Positions 9,842-18,528 of a stretch of DNA of 64,000 bases are shown here, piece after piece. The stretch comes from an uncultured Candidatus Saccharibacteria bacterium (lineage in GTDB: Bacteria; Patescibacteriota; WWE3; UBA101185; UBA10185), in assembly GCA_964643995.1 (NCBI GenBank), contig CAZXUJ010000003.1, positions 349 to 64,348 of the forward strand. Reading direction: 5' to 3'. The position numbers and the translations under genes were made by a program. Below the pieces are notes generated by a model that was not told where the DNA came from, ran no database searches, and worked only from the letters and a program-made list of their open reading frames with translations. How positions within the stretch are numbered: the stretch's first letter is position 1; every line of letters starts with the position of its first letter.

Positions 9842-10087
9842 ATGCATATACGTACAACCCTACTTCTTAATGAAAATATCAAAAAGTCCGCACAGATCAA
9901 GGCTTTAGAGAAAAACAAATCTCTGAGCGAAGTAGTTAATAGACTATTAGAAGACTATACAAGTGGTAGATATGAAGTGACTGATATTCCCGTTCCTAAC
10001 CAGCATCATCTAGATGAAATAAAAACCACTAACCTTGGTTTAAAAAGAAAAAAAGTTGATAGGGAAATGATATATGACCTCAACTAA
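9842..10087 (+). CDS. Ribbon-helix-helix antitoxin (VapB-like)
   Basis: MHIRTTLLLNENIKKSAQIKALEKNKSLSEVVNRLLEDY RHH pattern; overlaps PIN toxin; TTGACA at 9807 and near-palindrome ATATGCATGTATGCATAT (9832-9849) over the start. Confidence 0.75.
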   Translation: MHIRTTLLLNENIKKSAQIKALEKNKSLSEVVNRLLEDYTSGRYEVTDIPVPNQHHLDEIKTTNLGLKRKKVDREMIYDLN

Positions 10088-10505
10088 AAACAACATTTTA
10101 GTGGATACAAATATATTAGTTTATTCAACAGACAGCAGTTCTGCACATCATGCGGAATCTGTGGCTTATATGAAGAGTAATTACACGGGGCTTGTTTTAT
10201 GTAATCAAAACGTGAACGAGTATATACGTGTAGTTACGCATGCTAAGTTTATACAGCCACTAAAAACTGAGGAAGCACTAAAAAATATTGAGGCTATTAA
10301 AAAGAGTTTCTACAGTTTTGTGTTGCCCACTGATCGTACGCATAAAGTTTTTGTAGAGTTGCTAAAAAAGTATAAAGTGGTAGCAAATCAAGTTTTTGAT
10401 ACTTATCTTGTCGCAATTGCCCTTAGTAACAGCATCAATTCCATAGTAACGTTCAACGGTAACGATTTTGATAAATTCAAAGAGATCAATATTATTACTC
10501 CCTAG
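10074..10505 (+). CDS. vapC: PIN-domain VapC-family toxin
   Basis: ILVDTNILVY, NEYIRVVT, FDTYLVAIAL, VTFNGNDF acidic PIN motifs. Confidence 0.85.
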   Translation: MTSTKNNILVDTNILVYSTDSSSAHHAESVAYMKSNYTGLVLCNQNVNEYIRVVTHAKFIQPLKTEEALKNIEAIKKSFYSFVLPTDRTHKVFVELLKKYKVVANQVFDTYLVAIALSNSINSIVTFNGNDFDKFKEINIITP

Positions 10506-10513
10506 AATTAGGG

Positions 10514-10813
10514 CTAAGCCTCCAGAATTACTTTACCTCTATTGTATTGTCTGATAAACATATTTAGAGCAGTTTGATATGGTATGCCTTTTTCTTTTGT
10601 TTTTGCTCTGAAAGTCGCCAAGTCCGCGACACCAACTCTTAATGTTATGTTTTTGGATTTTTGTTCTAGGAGATAGTTAATTGCCGCTTCCGACACCTCA
10701 TCTCGTATCTTGACGATATCTTCAGCAGATACATATTCGTTATTTCCTATGGCGCTTTCCAGCTCTTGTTCCTCAGTAGTAAGTATTGGATTGTATTTAA
10801 TAGCTTTTTTCAT
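10514..10813 (-). CDS. BrnA/CopG-like antitoxin, orphan
   Basis: KSKNITLRV..ADL..FRAK..EKGIPYQTALNMFI signature; no toxin ORF upstream. Confidence 0.75.
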   Translation of the reverse strand: MKKAIKYNPILTTEEQELESAIGNNEYVSAEDIVKIRDEVSEAAINYLLEQKSKNITLRVGVADLATFRAKTKEKGIPYQTALNMFIRQYNRGKVILEA

Positions 10814-10952
10814 AGACTAACTTTACTTAATTTTATACCCTTTTATATTAGCATTGTTCACTTTATGTTTAGCAGAGTTCTTAATGTGTGCTATTCCCTA
10901 AAGTTTGCATAGTCAGTCATAAAATAAATCCCTTAGCACTACCCCCTTTTGA

Positions 10953-10981
10953 TTGACAAAAACCACATCTAATAGTATTAT
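10953..10981 (+). promoter_or_regulatory. sigma70-type promoter
   Basis: TTGACA-N17-TATTAT. Confidence 0.65.
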
Positions 10982-11053
10982 TACGTTCGTTTGAGAGACG
11001 CGCGACGCAAAGAAAATTTCCACAAAAACCAAACCAACAAAGTGACCTATAGT

Positions 11054-11082
11054 TTGACAATTTTTGTGTTTCATTGTAGAAT
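11054..11082 (+). promoter_or_regulatory. sigma70-type promoter driving a long structured leader
   Basis: TTGACA-N17-TAGAAT. Confidence 0.7.
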
Positions 11083-11236
11083 GAGCACATAAATTTTCGC
11101 CTTGATCTTTACCTACCTGTCCAATGAATCGACTTCTGAATCTTAGCCTCTTTAATATGTTTTAAGGAGTCTCTATTCAGCAGTTGCAATTTTTTAGCGA
11201 TTAGCTGAGAACTTTGAAAATTCCACATGTTTAATG

Positions 11237-11411
11237 ATGTTAAACAAACCTTCTATAGGAGACTATAGTGGATATTGTTGTTTCAGGTGTGTGCCATAAC
11301 ATATAAAGAGTATCAGAGATACTTTTGGTACCTTTTATTTGTTATGGTCACGCGCGTGAACATAAATTTATCCACATTTTTTTTAGTCTATCTGATGGAG
11401 GATATTGACAT
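11237..11411 (+). ncRNA. ~175-nt rod-shaped RNA hairpin (leader or ncRNA, family unknown)
   Basis: Nested pairs ATGTTAA/TTGACAT, CCTTC/GGAGG, AGACTA/TAGTCT, GTGGATA/TATCCAC, CCATAACA/TGTTATGG, with several G-U pairs. Confidence 0.6.
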
Positions 11412-11451
11412 GACGATCGTAATTCAACAGCAACAACAGCAAAATGCTTAG
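11410..11451 (+). CDS. Poly-Gln mini-ORF/leader peptide MTIVIQQQQQQNA; extends to 11514 if the TAG is read through
   Basis: GGAGG SD at 11397-11401, ATG at 11410, six consecutive CAA/CAG codons. Confidence 0.45.
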   Translation: MTIVIQQQQQQNA

Positions 11452-11610
11452 CCCGCTCCGGCGTCCCGTCCCGTGGTCCGTAAACTGACCTGGCGCGATT
11501 GGCGTCCGTGGTAAGGTAGTTTGGTTTTAACCCGATATATCGTTTTTTTACCGTTTATCATGGTTGAAGCATAGGCTTCGACCATCAACCAACTCTTTAA
11601 GGAGAGAAAA

Positions 11611-12414
11611 ATGTCTCAAGAAAACGTACAGATTAATGAAGGTGGTACTGAAACCACGACTGGTTACAAGGCCATGCCGTGGATTGTTGGTATCGCAGTG
11701 GTTATGTTACTGTGTGGGGTCTTGTCTTTGGCCGGGTATCTGCTTTTAGGTGGCGTTGCCTCCAATGACTCGAATGCCACAATCGCCGAAGAAACCCCTG
11801 GCGCCGAAACCGTGGTTGTTACCCGCGTGGTAACCGACAATGCCGCTGAAGCCGAATTGGCCGCCGAACTGGCCGCCGCCGAAGCCGAACTGGCCGCCGC
11901 CGAAGCACGTATCCCGGTTGGCCCTGGAGTCAACTACTCTGATGACGAAAAGCTGGCTTTTACGGCCGACCTCACTGGCTACAATGGCTGGAATGTCGTC
12001 GGTGATGAACCATGGGCTTACAACTTTAATGCCAAAGGTGTTTTAGATGCCCAAGGCAACCAGGTTGTCATCACTTTCCAACTGCCTGCTGAAGAACGTG
12101 ACAATGAAGGAAACGTGATTGCCCGCTGGCAAGTTACATCGAATAGCCCGGCCACCGGTGTGATGTTTTGGGTTTCAGGCGGAAGCGCGGTAACAATTCA
12201 GGCCTCTGACGCCACTATCCGCTATCTGCCGCTGTACGGCAACATGTTCGATACGGATTGGGAAAAAGATGGTGATACATTGTTCGTTGGTGAAGGCATT
12301 ACCGCTGAGGAATATGGGTACACCCTGACCGATATGCGCGCCGAATCCAACCGTGTCACCCCCATGCCCACCGCCGAACAAATCGCTGAATACCGCATCC
12401 GCATCGGCCGTTAA
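11611..12414 (+). CDS. GC-rich membrane-anchored/secreted hypothetical protein
   Basis: SD TAAGGAGAG; TM WIVGIAVVMLLCGVLSLAGYLLL; VVVTRVVT; AAEAELAA coiled-coil from a 21-bp tandem repeat (11863-11904). Confidence 0.8.
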   Translation: MSQENVQINEGGTETTTGYKAMPWIVGIAVVMLLCGVLSLAGYLLLGGVASNDSNATIAEETPGAETVVVTRVVTDNAAEAELAAELAAAEAELAAAEARIPVGPGVNYSDDEKLAFTADLTGYNGWNVVGDEPWAYNFNAKGVLDAQGNQVVITFQLPAEERDNEGNVIARWQVTSNSPATGVMFWVSGGSAVTIQASDATIRYLPLYGNMFDTDWEKDGDTLFVGEGITAEEYGYTLTDMRAESNRVTPMPTAEQIAEYRIRIGR

Positions 12415-12435
12415 CGTCAACCCCTAACATCATCA

Positions 12436-12568
12436 AATAGCATGTGGATCAGGTAGCATAGCGCTAGCACGAGGAGGAAGAGAATGTGTCGAAAGACTTA
12501 AAAGGACGGCCCAAAGCCTACCCGACTCTCCCCTCAAATTGCAAGCACTATGCTACCTTTCCGCTATT
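12436..12568 (+). ncRNA. Branched structured RNA element downstream of the GC-rich gene
   Basis: AGGTAGCATAG/CTATGCTACCT stem, GAGGAGGAAGAG/CTCTCCCCTC, inner GTC-GAAA-GAC and GGC-CCAAA-GCC hairpins. Confidence 0.5.
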
Positions 12569-12634
12569 AGTTCACAAGTACTACTTATGGGTTAATAGTG
12601 GAATACTAACAATTTAATATTGAACCTAATTCAC

Positions 12635-12658
12635 AAGACCTTCCAAGGGTCTTTTTTT
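12635..12658 (+). terminator. Intrinsic terminator
   Basis: AAGACCTT-CC-AAGGGTCTT hairpin followed by a T-run. Confidence 0.75.
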
Positions 12659-12824
12659 ATATCTAGACAGCAATATTAATTAAGTCCGGATACAAAAGTG
12701 CCTATATTATTCCAAAAATTACCTATTGACACTATGGGCCGCAACGTGTAAATATTATCCCATAGCGAATTATTAGGAGACTTCAACCGCTGCCCGTAAC
12801 TATTTAAGAAGTCAGAAAGCTATA

Positions 12825-13616
12825 ATGAAAACTCTATCATTTGTTATACCAGTGTATAACGAGGAAAAAAGAATAAGTAAGACAATTGAAGCTTTAACAC
12901 AAGGCTTTAATTACGACGGTGTTAAGCTTGAGAAAGTAATTTTTGTTGATGACGGTAGCAAGGATGCTACGGTTAAGCTTCTTATGGAGGCTAAGGAATC
13001 TATCGAAAAAGTGTTACATGCTACTGAGGTAGTGATATCTTATAGCCCTAATGAAGGCAAAGGTAATGCTATTAAAGTAGGTATGGCTGAGTCTACGTCA
13101 GATTACACACTTTTCTTTGATGCTGATATGTCTACCCCATTGTCAGAGTTTGGTAAATTCATACCTTTTATGCAAGAAGGGGCTGATGTTATCGTTGGTA
13201 CCAGAAAGAACGGAGAATCAACCGTAAAAGTTCATCAACCATTTGTAAGAGAATATTTAGGTAAAGGATTTACTCTCTGTTCAAAGTTGATACTCAATAC
13301 ATGGGTTACAGACTTTACATGTGGGTTTAAAGCTTTTTCAAAAGAAGCTAAGGACGCTATATTTCCTAGAAGTTTAATAAAGCGTTGGGGATATGATGCT
13401 GAGCTTTTGTTTCTAGCTAGAAAGCTGGGTTATAAAATCAGTGAAAGAGCTGTGTACTGGTATGATGACAAAGATACGAAGGTAAGCTTAAGAAAGGCTG
13501 TTTTAACATCTTTTGTCGAGCTTTTGAAAATTCGTTATTACGAAGTTACAGGTAAGTATCATTTCAACAAAGCTATAAAGTTCGTTACAAACAGGAAATT
13601 GCTTAGATTATCCTAA
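12825..13616 (+). CDS. GT2 polyprenyl-phosphate glycosyltransferase (DPM1/Alg5-like)
   Basis: VIPVYNEE, VDDGSKD, GKGNAIKVG, FFDAD, DFTCGFKAF, WGYDAELL. Confidence 0.92.
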   Translation: MKTLSFVIPVYNEEKRISKTIEALTQGFNYDGVKLEKVIFVDDGSKDATVKLLMEAKESIEKVLHATEVVISYSPNEGKGNAIKVGMAESTSDYTLFFDADMSTPLSEFGKFIPFMQEGADVIVGTRKNGESTVKVHQPFVREYLGKGFTLCSKLILNTWVTDFTCGFKAFSKEAKDAIFPRSLIKRWGYDAELLFLARKLGYKISERAVYWYDDKDTKVSLRKAVLTSFVELLKIRYYEVTGKYHFNKAIKFVTNRKLLRLS

Positions 13617-13638
13617 AACTGCTACTATAGTATGCAGT

Positions 13639-14832
13639 ATGTTAGAACTTTTAGTTATAACCAGTTTCCCTGAAAATGGACTTCTTCATGGTAGCAAAAC
13701 GGTTGGTGTCGCTAGTTACGCCAAGAATACACTCTTAGCTATTCTTAAAAAAGATCCCGATATTAAAATTGATATATTTGCGGAAATCCTGGATAAAGCT
13801 GAGTCTTATGTTGACTCTAATATGCATGTTACACGTAATTGGAAACGTAAAAATCTGCTAAGCATTTTCAAAATGTTCGTGTCTGTTTTACGCCACCCCT
13901 CCAAGAATGTCTTGCTTCAATTTGAAATGTTTATGTTTGGTGGATTTCCTCATGCGCTACTGGGAGTACTAATGACTGTATTTGCACGATGTTCAGGTAA
14001 AGATATTACTCTAGTTTTACATCAAGTGGTTTCAGAGGTTGAAGTTTTTGAGAAAAATAAGTTGAAGGGGTTATTTTTCAAACTTTCCCGCAAGATTTTC
14101 TACAATTTAGTATTGTTAAGTGCTTCACGTATAGTAGTTTTTGAGCAGGAACTAAAAGATAGGTTAGGTCGGGGAGACAAAATATTGGTGATACCTCATG
14201 CCGTTGAGCAAAAAGCTCCACTTAATAAGCAAGATGCCAAAAAAGCCCTCAAGCTGTCCCCTGAAAAAAGTTACATCCTCTACTTTGGCTTCCTCTCTCC
14301 ATACAAAGGTGTTGATGTGTTGTTGGAAAATTGGGAGAACAAAAATGGTTACCAGCTTATATTAGCAGGTGGTCCCAACCCCAATCATGAGAATGACCCT
14401 GAGTATCAAGCTTTCATAAACAAAACTTTCGAACTTGCTCGTCAAAAAGATGTAATCGCCCCAGGGTTTGTAAAACAAGAAGAGATTGAACTGTACTTCT
14501 CCGCTGCCGATTTGGTTGTATTGCCCTATTTATTGTTTATGTCTTCTTCTGGACCTATGGCGTTAGCATTTACCTATGAGGTCGGTGTAATGCTGTCTCA
14601 ACCCTTAGGAGTCTACTTTAATACCCAAGACATGCGCGACAGTCTTAAAGAGGTCGGACTTACTGTAGAAGATGTCACTTTCCCATTGAATTCTGATTTA
14701 TCGTCGAGGATTTATAGTGCTTTAGAAAATCCTGCAGCCCTTAAAAGTTTTTCCCAAAAGGTAAAAGCTTACCGTTCCTGGGATTATATAGGTGGGCTGT
14801 ATTATTCGAGCATTTTCAATCTGACTGAATAG
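13639..14832 (+). CDS. GT4 family glycosyltransferase
   Basis: YFGFLSPYKGVD, FSAADLVVLPY, SSSGPMALA. Confidence 0.88.
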   Translation: MLELLVITSFPENGLLHGSKTVGVASYAKNTLLAILKKDPDIKIDIFAEILDKAESYVDSNMHVTRNWKRKNLLSIFKMFVSVLRHPSKNVLLQFEMFMFGGFPHALLGVLMTVFARCSGKDITLVLHQVVSEVEVFEKNKLKGLFFKLSRKIFYNLVLLSASRIVVFEQELKDRLGRGDKILVIPHAVEQKAPLNKQDAKKALKLSPEKSYILYFGFLSPYKGVDVLLENWENKNGYQLILAGGPNPNHENDPEYQAFINKTFELARQKDVIAPGFVKQEEIELYFSAADLVVLPYLLFMSSSGPMALAFTYEVGVMLSQPLGVYFNTQDMRDSLKEVGLTVEDVTFPLNSDLSSRIYSALENPAALKSFSQKVKAYRSWDYIGGLYYSSIFNLTE

Positions 14833-16324
14833 ACTTACTTTTGCAGTGGAGATACACGAATGCTTCGCTTGTACATTCGTACTCTGGGAATACTACTGCT
14901 CCGGAAGTTTCATCTTTGCTAAAGAATGTATCACGCAATATGAACTCTTTTATATTGTCTTTTTTGAGATCTTTTTTTATTTCATCGTAATCTTTCATCA
15001 AAACCAGGTATTTCTCTATACATTTTGGTCCTGCATTGTTAAAACTCTTTGCTCCACAGTACTCAAATGTAAAAAGGCTGTCTTCTAAATTTGCATATTG
15101 CTTTAATGTTGGATACTTTTGAAAGTGCTCGCAGCTTGTGCAGTATATATAAGCTTGATCTTTGATAATGTGATTATTCCAGATGTACAACGTATAGGCA
15201 GCTAAGATGCTTATCAGTGCAAGTACTCCGATAAACCTAATTCTTATTGTTAGGGTTTCAATAATATTCGAAACTAGCATTAATGACAGGATATCGACTG
15301 GGAACAACTGTCTTATATGAAAAAGGTTTATGTCTGCCAGCAGAAACATACCTGTCAGTGCCAACAAAAAAGCCGGAATGAATAGTGCTATCAGAGCAAA
15401 GAGATATTCAGGTTCACGCTCGCTAGCATTTTTCGCTGCTATACCAATGATCTCCTTAAGCCCAAAAACCAAAAAAGTGGTTGCCACAGCTACGCCTAAG
15501 TACCCGCTAAGCGTTGTGTATTGATTGGTGCTTGCAAGTCCTTCCATTAGCTTGAAATTGTTCCAACCCAATAGTGTCGACAATGTTGTAAAAGGTAACA
15601 GGATGTTTTGTTCAGGTAACCATGCGATCCTGTTCGAAACAATTTCGTTTTTGTTTGCAAATGTGATTAGGGCTATACACAGTACTGCTAGCACAAGTAT
15701 AGTTGTGTTATTTATCGTATCCCAGACCTTATGTTTGCGTTTATTTATTTTTGCAATAATGATATCTGTTATCGTGTAAGTTGCTTTGAATGCAAGCCAA
15801 TAAACGTACCCATATACGGATAAGATACCTAGGATGTCAATAGCAATTTGTAGCACCTTATTATACTTGGCGGTCGTTGTTTGTCTCTTGATGAATACGT
15901 ACATCGATAAACTCATAAACAGCATTGCCAATGCATACATTCTTATGGAATATGAGAATCTTAGAATATAAGGGGAAAATGACCATATGAGTAGAAAGAT
16001 TCCTATATACCTGTCTGACATTTTCAGCTCTTTGAGAGTTTTGTAAAAAAACAAAGTTGTAAAAGTGAAAAGTATGAAGTTCAGAACTCTCAATACGAGA
16101 TAAGAAGAATACTTAGCATAAAGCAGTTTTGTTATCACATAGTACAATGGCGGATGTATGACCTCTGCTTTTAGTAGGAGTAATTCTTTATAGTTATATC
16201 CATTAGCCAAAAAAATACTCAGTACCTCATCTCCCCAGATTTTCGAATTCACGCCAACATACAAGTGACTAAGAGTACCTAACAATATCAATATTCCCGC
16301 TACTAGAAACACTTTCCTATTCAT
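14816..16324 (-). CDS. GT-C fold membrane glycosyltransferase (PMT/ArnT-like)
   Basis: IWGDE, HPPLYY, RMYALAM motifs; multiple TM helices. Confidence 0.8.
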   Translation of the reverse strand: MNRKVFLVAGILILLGTLSHLYVGVNSKIWGDEVLSIFLANGYNYKELLLLKAEVIHPPLYYVITKLLYAKYSSYLVLRVLNFILFTFTTLFFYKTLKELKMSDRYIGIFLLIWSFSPYILRFSYSIRMYALAMLFMSLSMYVFIKRQTTTAKYNKVLQIAIDILGILSVYGYVYWLAFKATYTITDIIIAKINKRKHKVWDTINNTTILVLAVLCIALITFANKNEIVSNRIAWLPEQNILLPFTTLSTLLGWNNFKLMEGLASTNQYTTLSGYLGVAVATTFLVFGLKEIIGIAAKNASEREPEYLFALIALFIPAFLLALTGMFLLADINLFHIRQLFPVDILSLMLVSNIIETLTIRIRFIGVLALISILAAYTLYIWNNHIIKDQAYIYCTSCEHFQKYPTLKQYANLEDSLFTFEYCGAKSFNNAGPKCIEKYLVLMKDYDEIKKDLKKDNIKEFILRDTFFSKDETSGAVVFPEYECTSEAFVYLHCKSKSIQSD

Positions 16325-16413
16325 CTAGTTATCATTATATGTATATATCCGGTGTATGTTAATACCTCAAGCTTTTTTTTACTTAGACATATCCTATATG
16401 GCATAATGTTTGT

Positions 16414-18507
16414 ATGAAATTGTTTAATTCTTCAAGTATTGATTCCACAGTCAGTAGATTAAAATCAAATTCGAAGGCACTGTTTATCAGCTTGTTTTTC
16501 AGTTTATTGTTAAGTGGACTTTTCACATTTAATCCAACCTCAAGACTTATGGGTGATGGTGGTGATAATTATGAGTTCTTTGGTTTCATGTACTTGACTA
16601 AGCAAAACCTCTTAAATTTTAATCACCCGTTTGCAAAAACAGATATATTGAGATATCCATTTGGTTTTGAATATAGCTATGGTTTTGATGGTGCCTTCTC
16701 AATATTGACTGGAGCTTTGTTGAGTATGTTGGTAAACGCTGTACTTGCATATAACCTAACTGTTGTATTGGTACTTTTTCTGAACATGTACGTGTCTTTT
16801 GTCTGTTTTAAGAAAATAGCAACTATGTATGAGGTTGATGAAAACAAGGAGATAAAGGCCTACATTGCAGCAATAATATTTGGTCTATCACCTTATGTGT
16901 TTGCAAGAATAAATGCACACTTGAATTTGGCATTCGTAGCTGGGGTTCCCGTTTTGTTTTACTCATTAAATAGGTTTTATTTAAGCTTAAGAGGGCGAGT
17001 TTCTAATGACGGTTTGGTATCCTACTCTGCGCCATCTGCTAAAGATTTCGTTTTGTTTTATGTTGGGTTGTTGTTGCTAGCCTTAGGGTCATTGCAGTAT
17101 TTGATATTGTCTGCCTACATCCTAATATTTTTGTTTACTTTAGGTTTGGTACGTTGTTACAAAATCAAACATCTCTTAAATAAATCAAGTATTCCGGCAT
17201 TTCTGAAATCTACAGTTTGCTTTTTGTTTTTGTTTTCAAGTATTTTTGGCGGATATATCTGGGCGATGCTCAGTGGTAGTCTGACCTTAGAGGATAAACC
17301 AGTTTACACAGGTCTTTTGAACCTGTTTGTGCCTAATGGTTATCTAGGTGCGCTTTACCAGCAAATAAATTTCTCCAAAATATCTATAGAAAATGTAGCG
17401 TCTCTAAGCATAGTCGAAAATGTAGCATTAGTTTTAGCTCTCTTTTATTCAAAATCTAGGAAGTTAAGTCTTCTTGCAATCGCTTTATATTTTGTTCATT
17501 TAGTTCTGTCTCTAAACTTGATAAGACTACCTTTTTATTCGGAGGGAACACGATTTATTGTAGTACTCTCATTGTTTACCGCTTTAGTTTTTGTGTACTC
17601 AAAAACAAAAATCAAAAAATTTACCTTGTTTGTTTTGCTGATTTTATTGCTTCTAGAGAGATTGACATTTAATGTGAAAACAGCCCCCTTTGCTGTTTTT
17701 GATCCCTTAAAACTGGTAAGAAACTATGCAGGTGAGGCAGTGATAAACGTTCCAATGTCGAAGTTTTCAGCCTTTCGGTCTGTTCTTCCTTATTTTTATA
17801 ACAAAAAGATATTAGATGGGTATTTTCATTACACAGCAAATAACCAACAGACTGAATCCTTTTTTGCGCATCAATATTATTCTCGATTTACATGTCAAAA
17901 GGAAAGTACAGGTTTAATAGACATGTCTTACGAAAATGAAGATAGGATTGGTTTGATTCATAGCCTACGTGCTGACGGTATAAGGACAATAGTGGTCCTA
18001 AAAGACTCTTCAATTAGCTGGTATTACTTTGAAGAGTGTGACAATGTCAGGGATTGGTGGCAATGGTTGGCGTTGCCTAGTGTTCACACTCTTGAACCTA
18101 CAAGTAGTATCGAAAAGCTCGATTTTGAATTATTAACTGATAAACACGACAATAGGGTTGAGCTCTACAGCGATGTAAAAGGTAAACTCACACTAACCGG
18201 GTTGTTTGTAACCAATAGCCTTCTGCGTGATGTCATAGTTCATTATGGAGACACCACTTTACAGAAATTCACTTGGAATGAAACTCCAGGCGGTTATGGG
18301 TTTACTTTTGACCCTCCTTTAGAGGTTAATTTAGATGCTGGTGATACTGTAGTTTTTTCTCTTGTTACTGAGGCAGTAAGTCCTGGCTATATTGTTCTGT
18401 ACCACAGATATGAAGTAGCAGAAGGTACTGCTGAATCAATTCAGCCCTTTGTCCAAAATGTTTATAAAGATGCTTTGATGGAGATCTATCAGTTAAACTA
18501 TAATTAA
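16414..18507 (+). CDS. Polytopic GT-C-like membrane protein with extracellular C-terminal domain
   Basis: GDGGDNYEF, YPFGF, LAYNL, FGLSPY...HLNL, ILDGYF motifs. Confidence 0.7.
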   Translation: MKLFNSSSIDSTVSRLKSNSKALFISLFFSLLLSGLFTFNPTSRLMGDGGDNYEFFGFMYLTKQNLLNFNHPFAKTDILRYPFGFEYSYGFDGAFSILTGALLSMLVNAVLAYNLTVVLVLFLNMYVSFVCFKKIATMYEVDENKEIKAYIAAIIFGLSPYVFARINAHLNLAFVAGVPVLFYSLNRFYLSLRGRVSNDGLVSYSAPSAKDFVLFYVGLLLLALGSLQYLILSAYILIFLFTLGLVRCYKIKHLLNKSSIPAFLKSTVCFLFLFSSIFGGYIWAMLSGSLTLEDKPVYTGLLNLFVPNGYLGALYQQINFSKISIENVASLSIVENVALVLALFYSKSRKLSLLAIALYFVHLVLSLNLIRLPFYSEGTRFIVVLSLFTALVFVYSKTKIKKFTLFVLLILLLLERLTFNVKTAPFAVFDPLKLVRNYAGEAVINVPMSKFSAFRSVLPYFYNKKILDGYFHYTANNQQTESFFAHQYYSRFTCQKESTGLIDMSYENEDRIGLIHSLRADGIRTIVVLKDSSISWYYFEECDNVRDWWQWLALPSVHTLEPTSSIEKLDFELLTDKHDNRVELYSDVKGKLTLTGLFVTNSLLRDVIVHYGDTTLQKFTWNETPGGYGFTFDPPLEVNLDAGDTVVFSLVTEAVSPGYIVLYHRYEVAEGTAESIQPFVQNVYKDALMEIYQLNYN

Positions 18508-18528
18508 CTGACGTGTTAAATCAAAGTT

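Noticed and set aside
10920-11400. Replication origin (TTATCCACA at 11368 plus weaker boxes)
   Set aside because: Only one perfect box, lying inside an RNA stem; no dnaA/dnaN nearby and no change in gene orientation.
11237-11411. 6S RNA
   Set aside because: Length and rod shape fit, but there is no large central bubble and the 3' end overlaps an SD/AUG; an Rfam scan is needed to exclude it fully.
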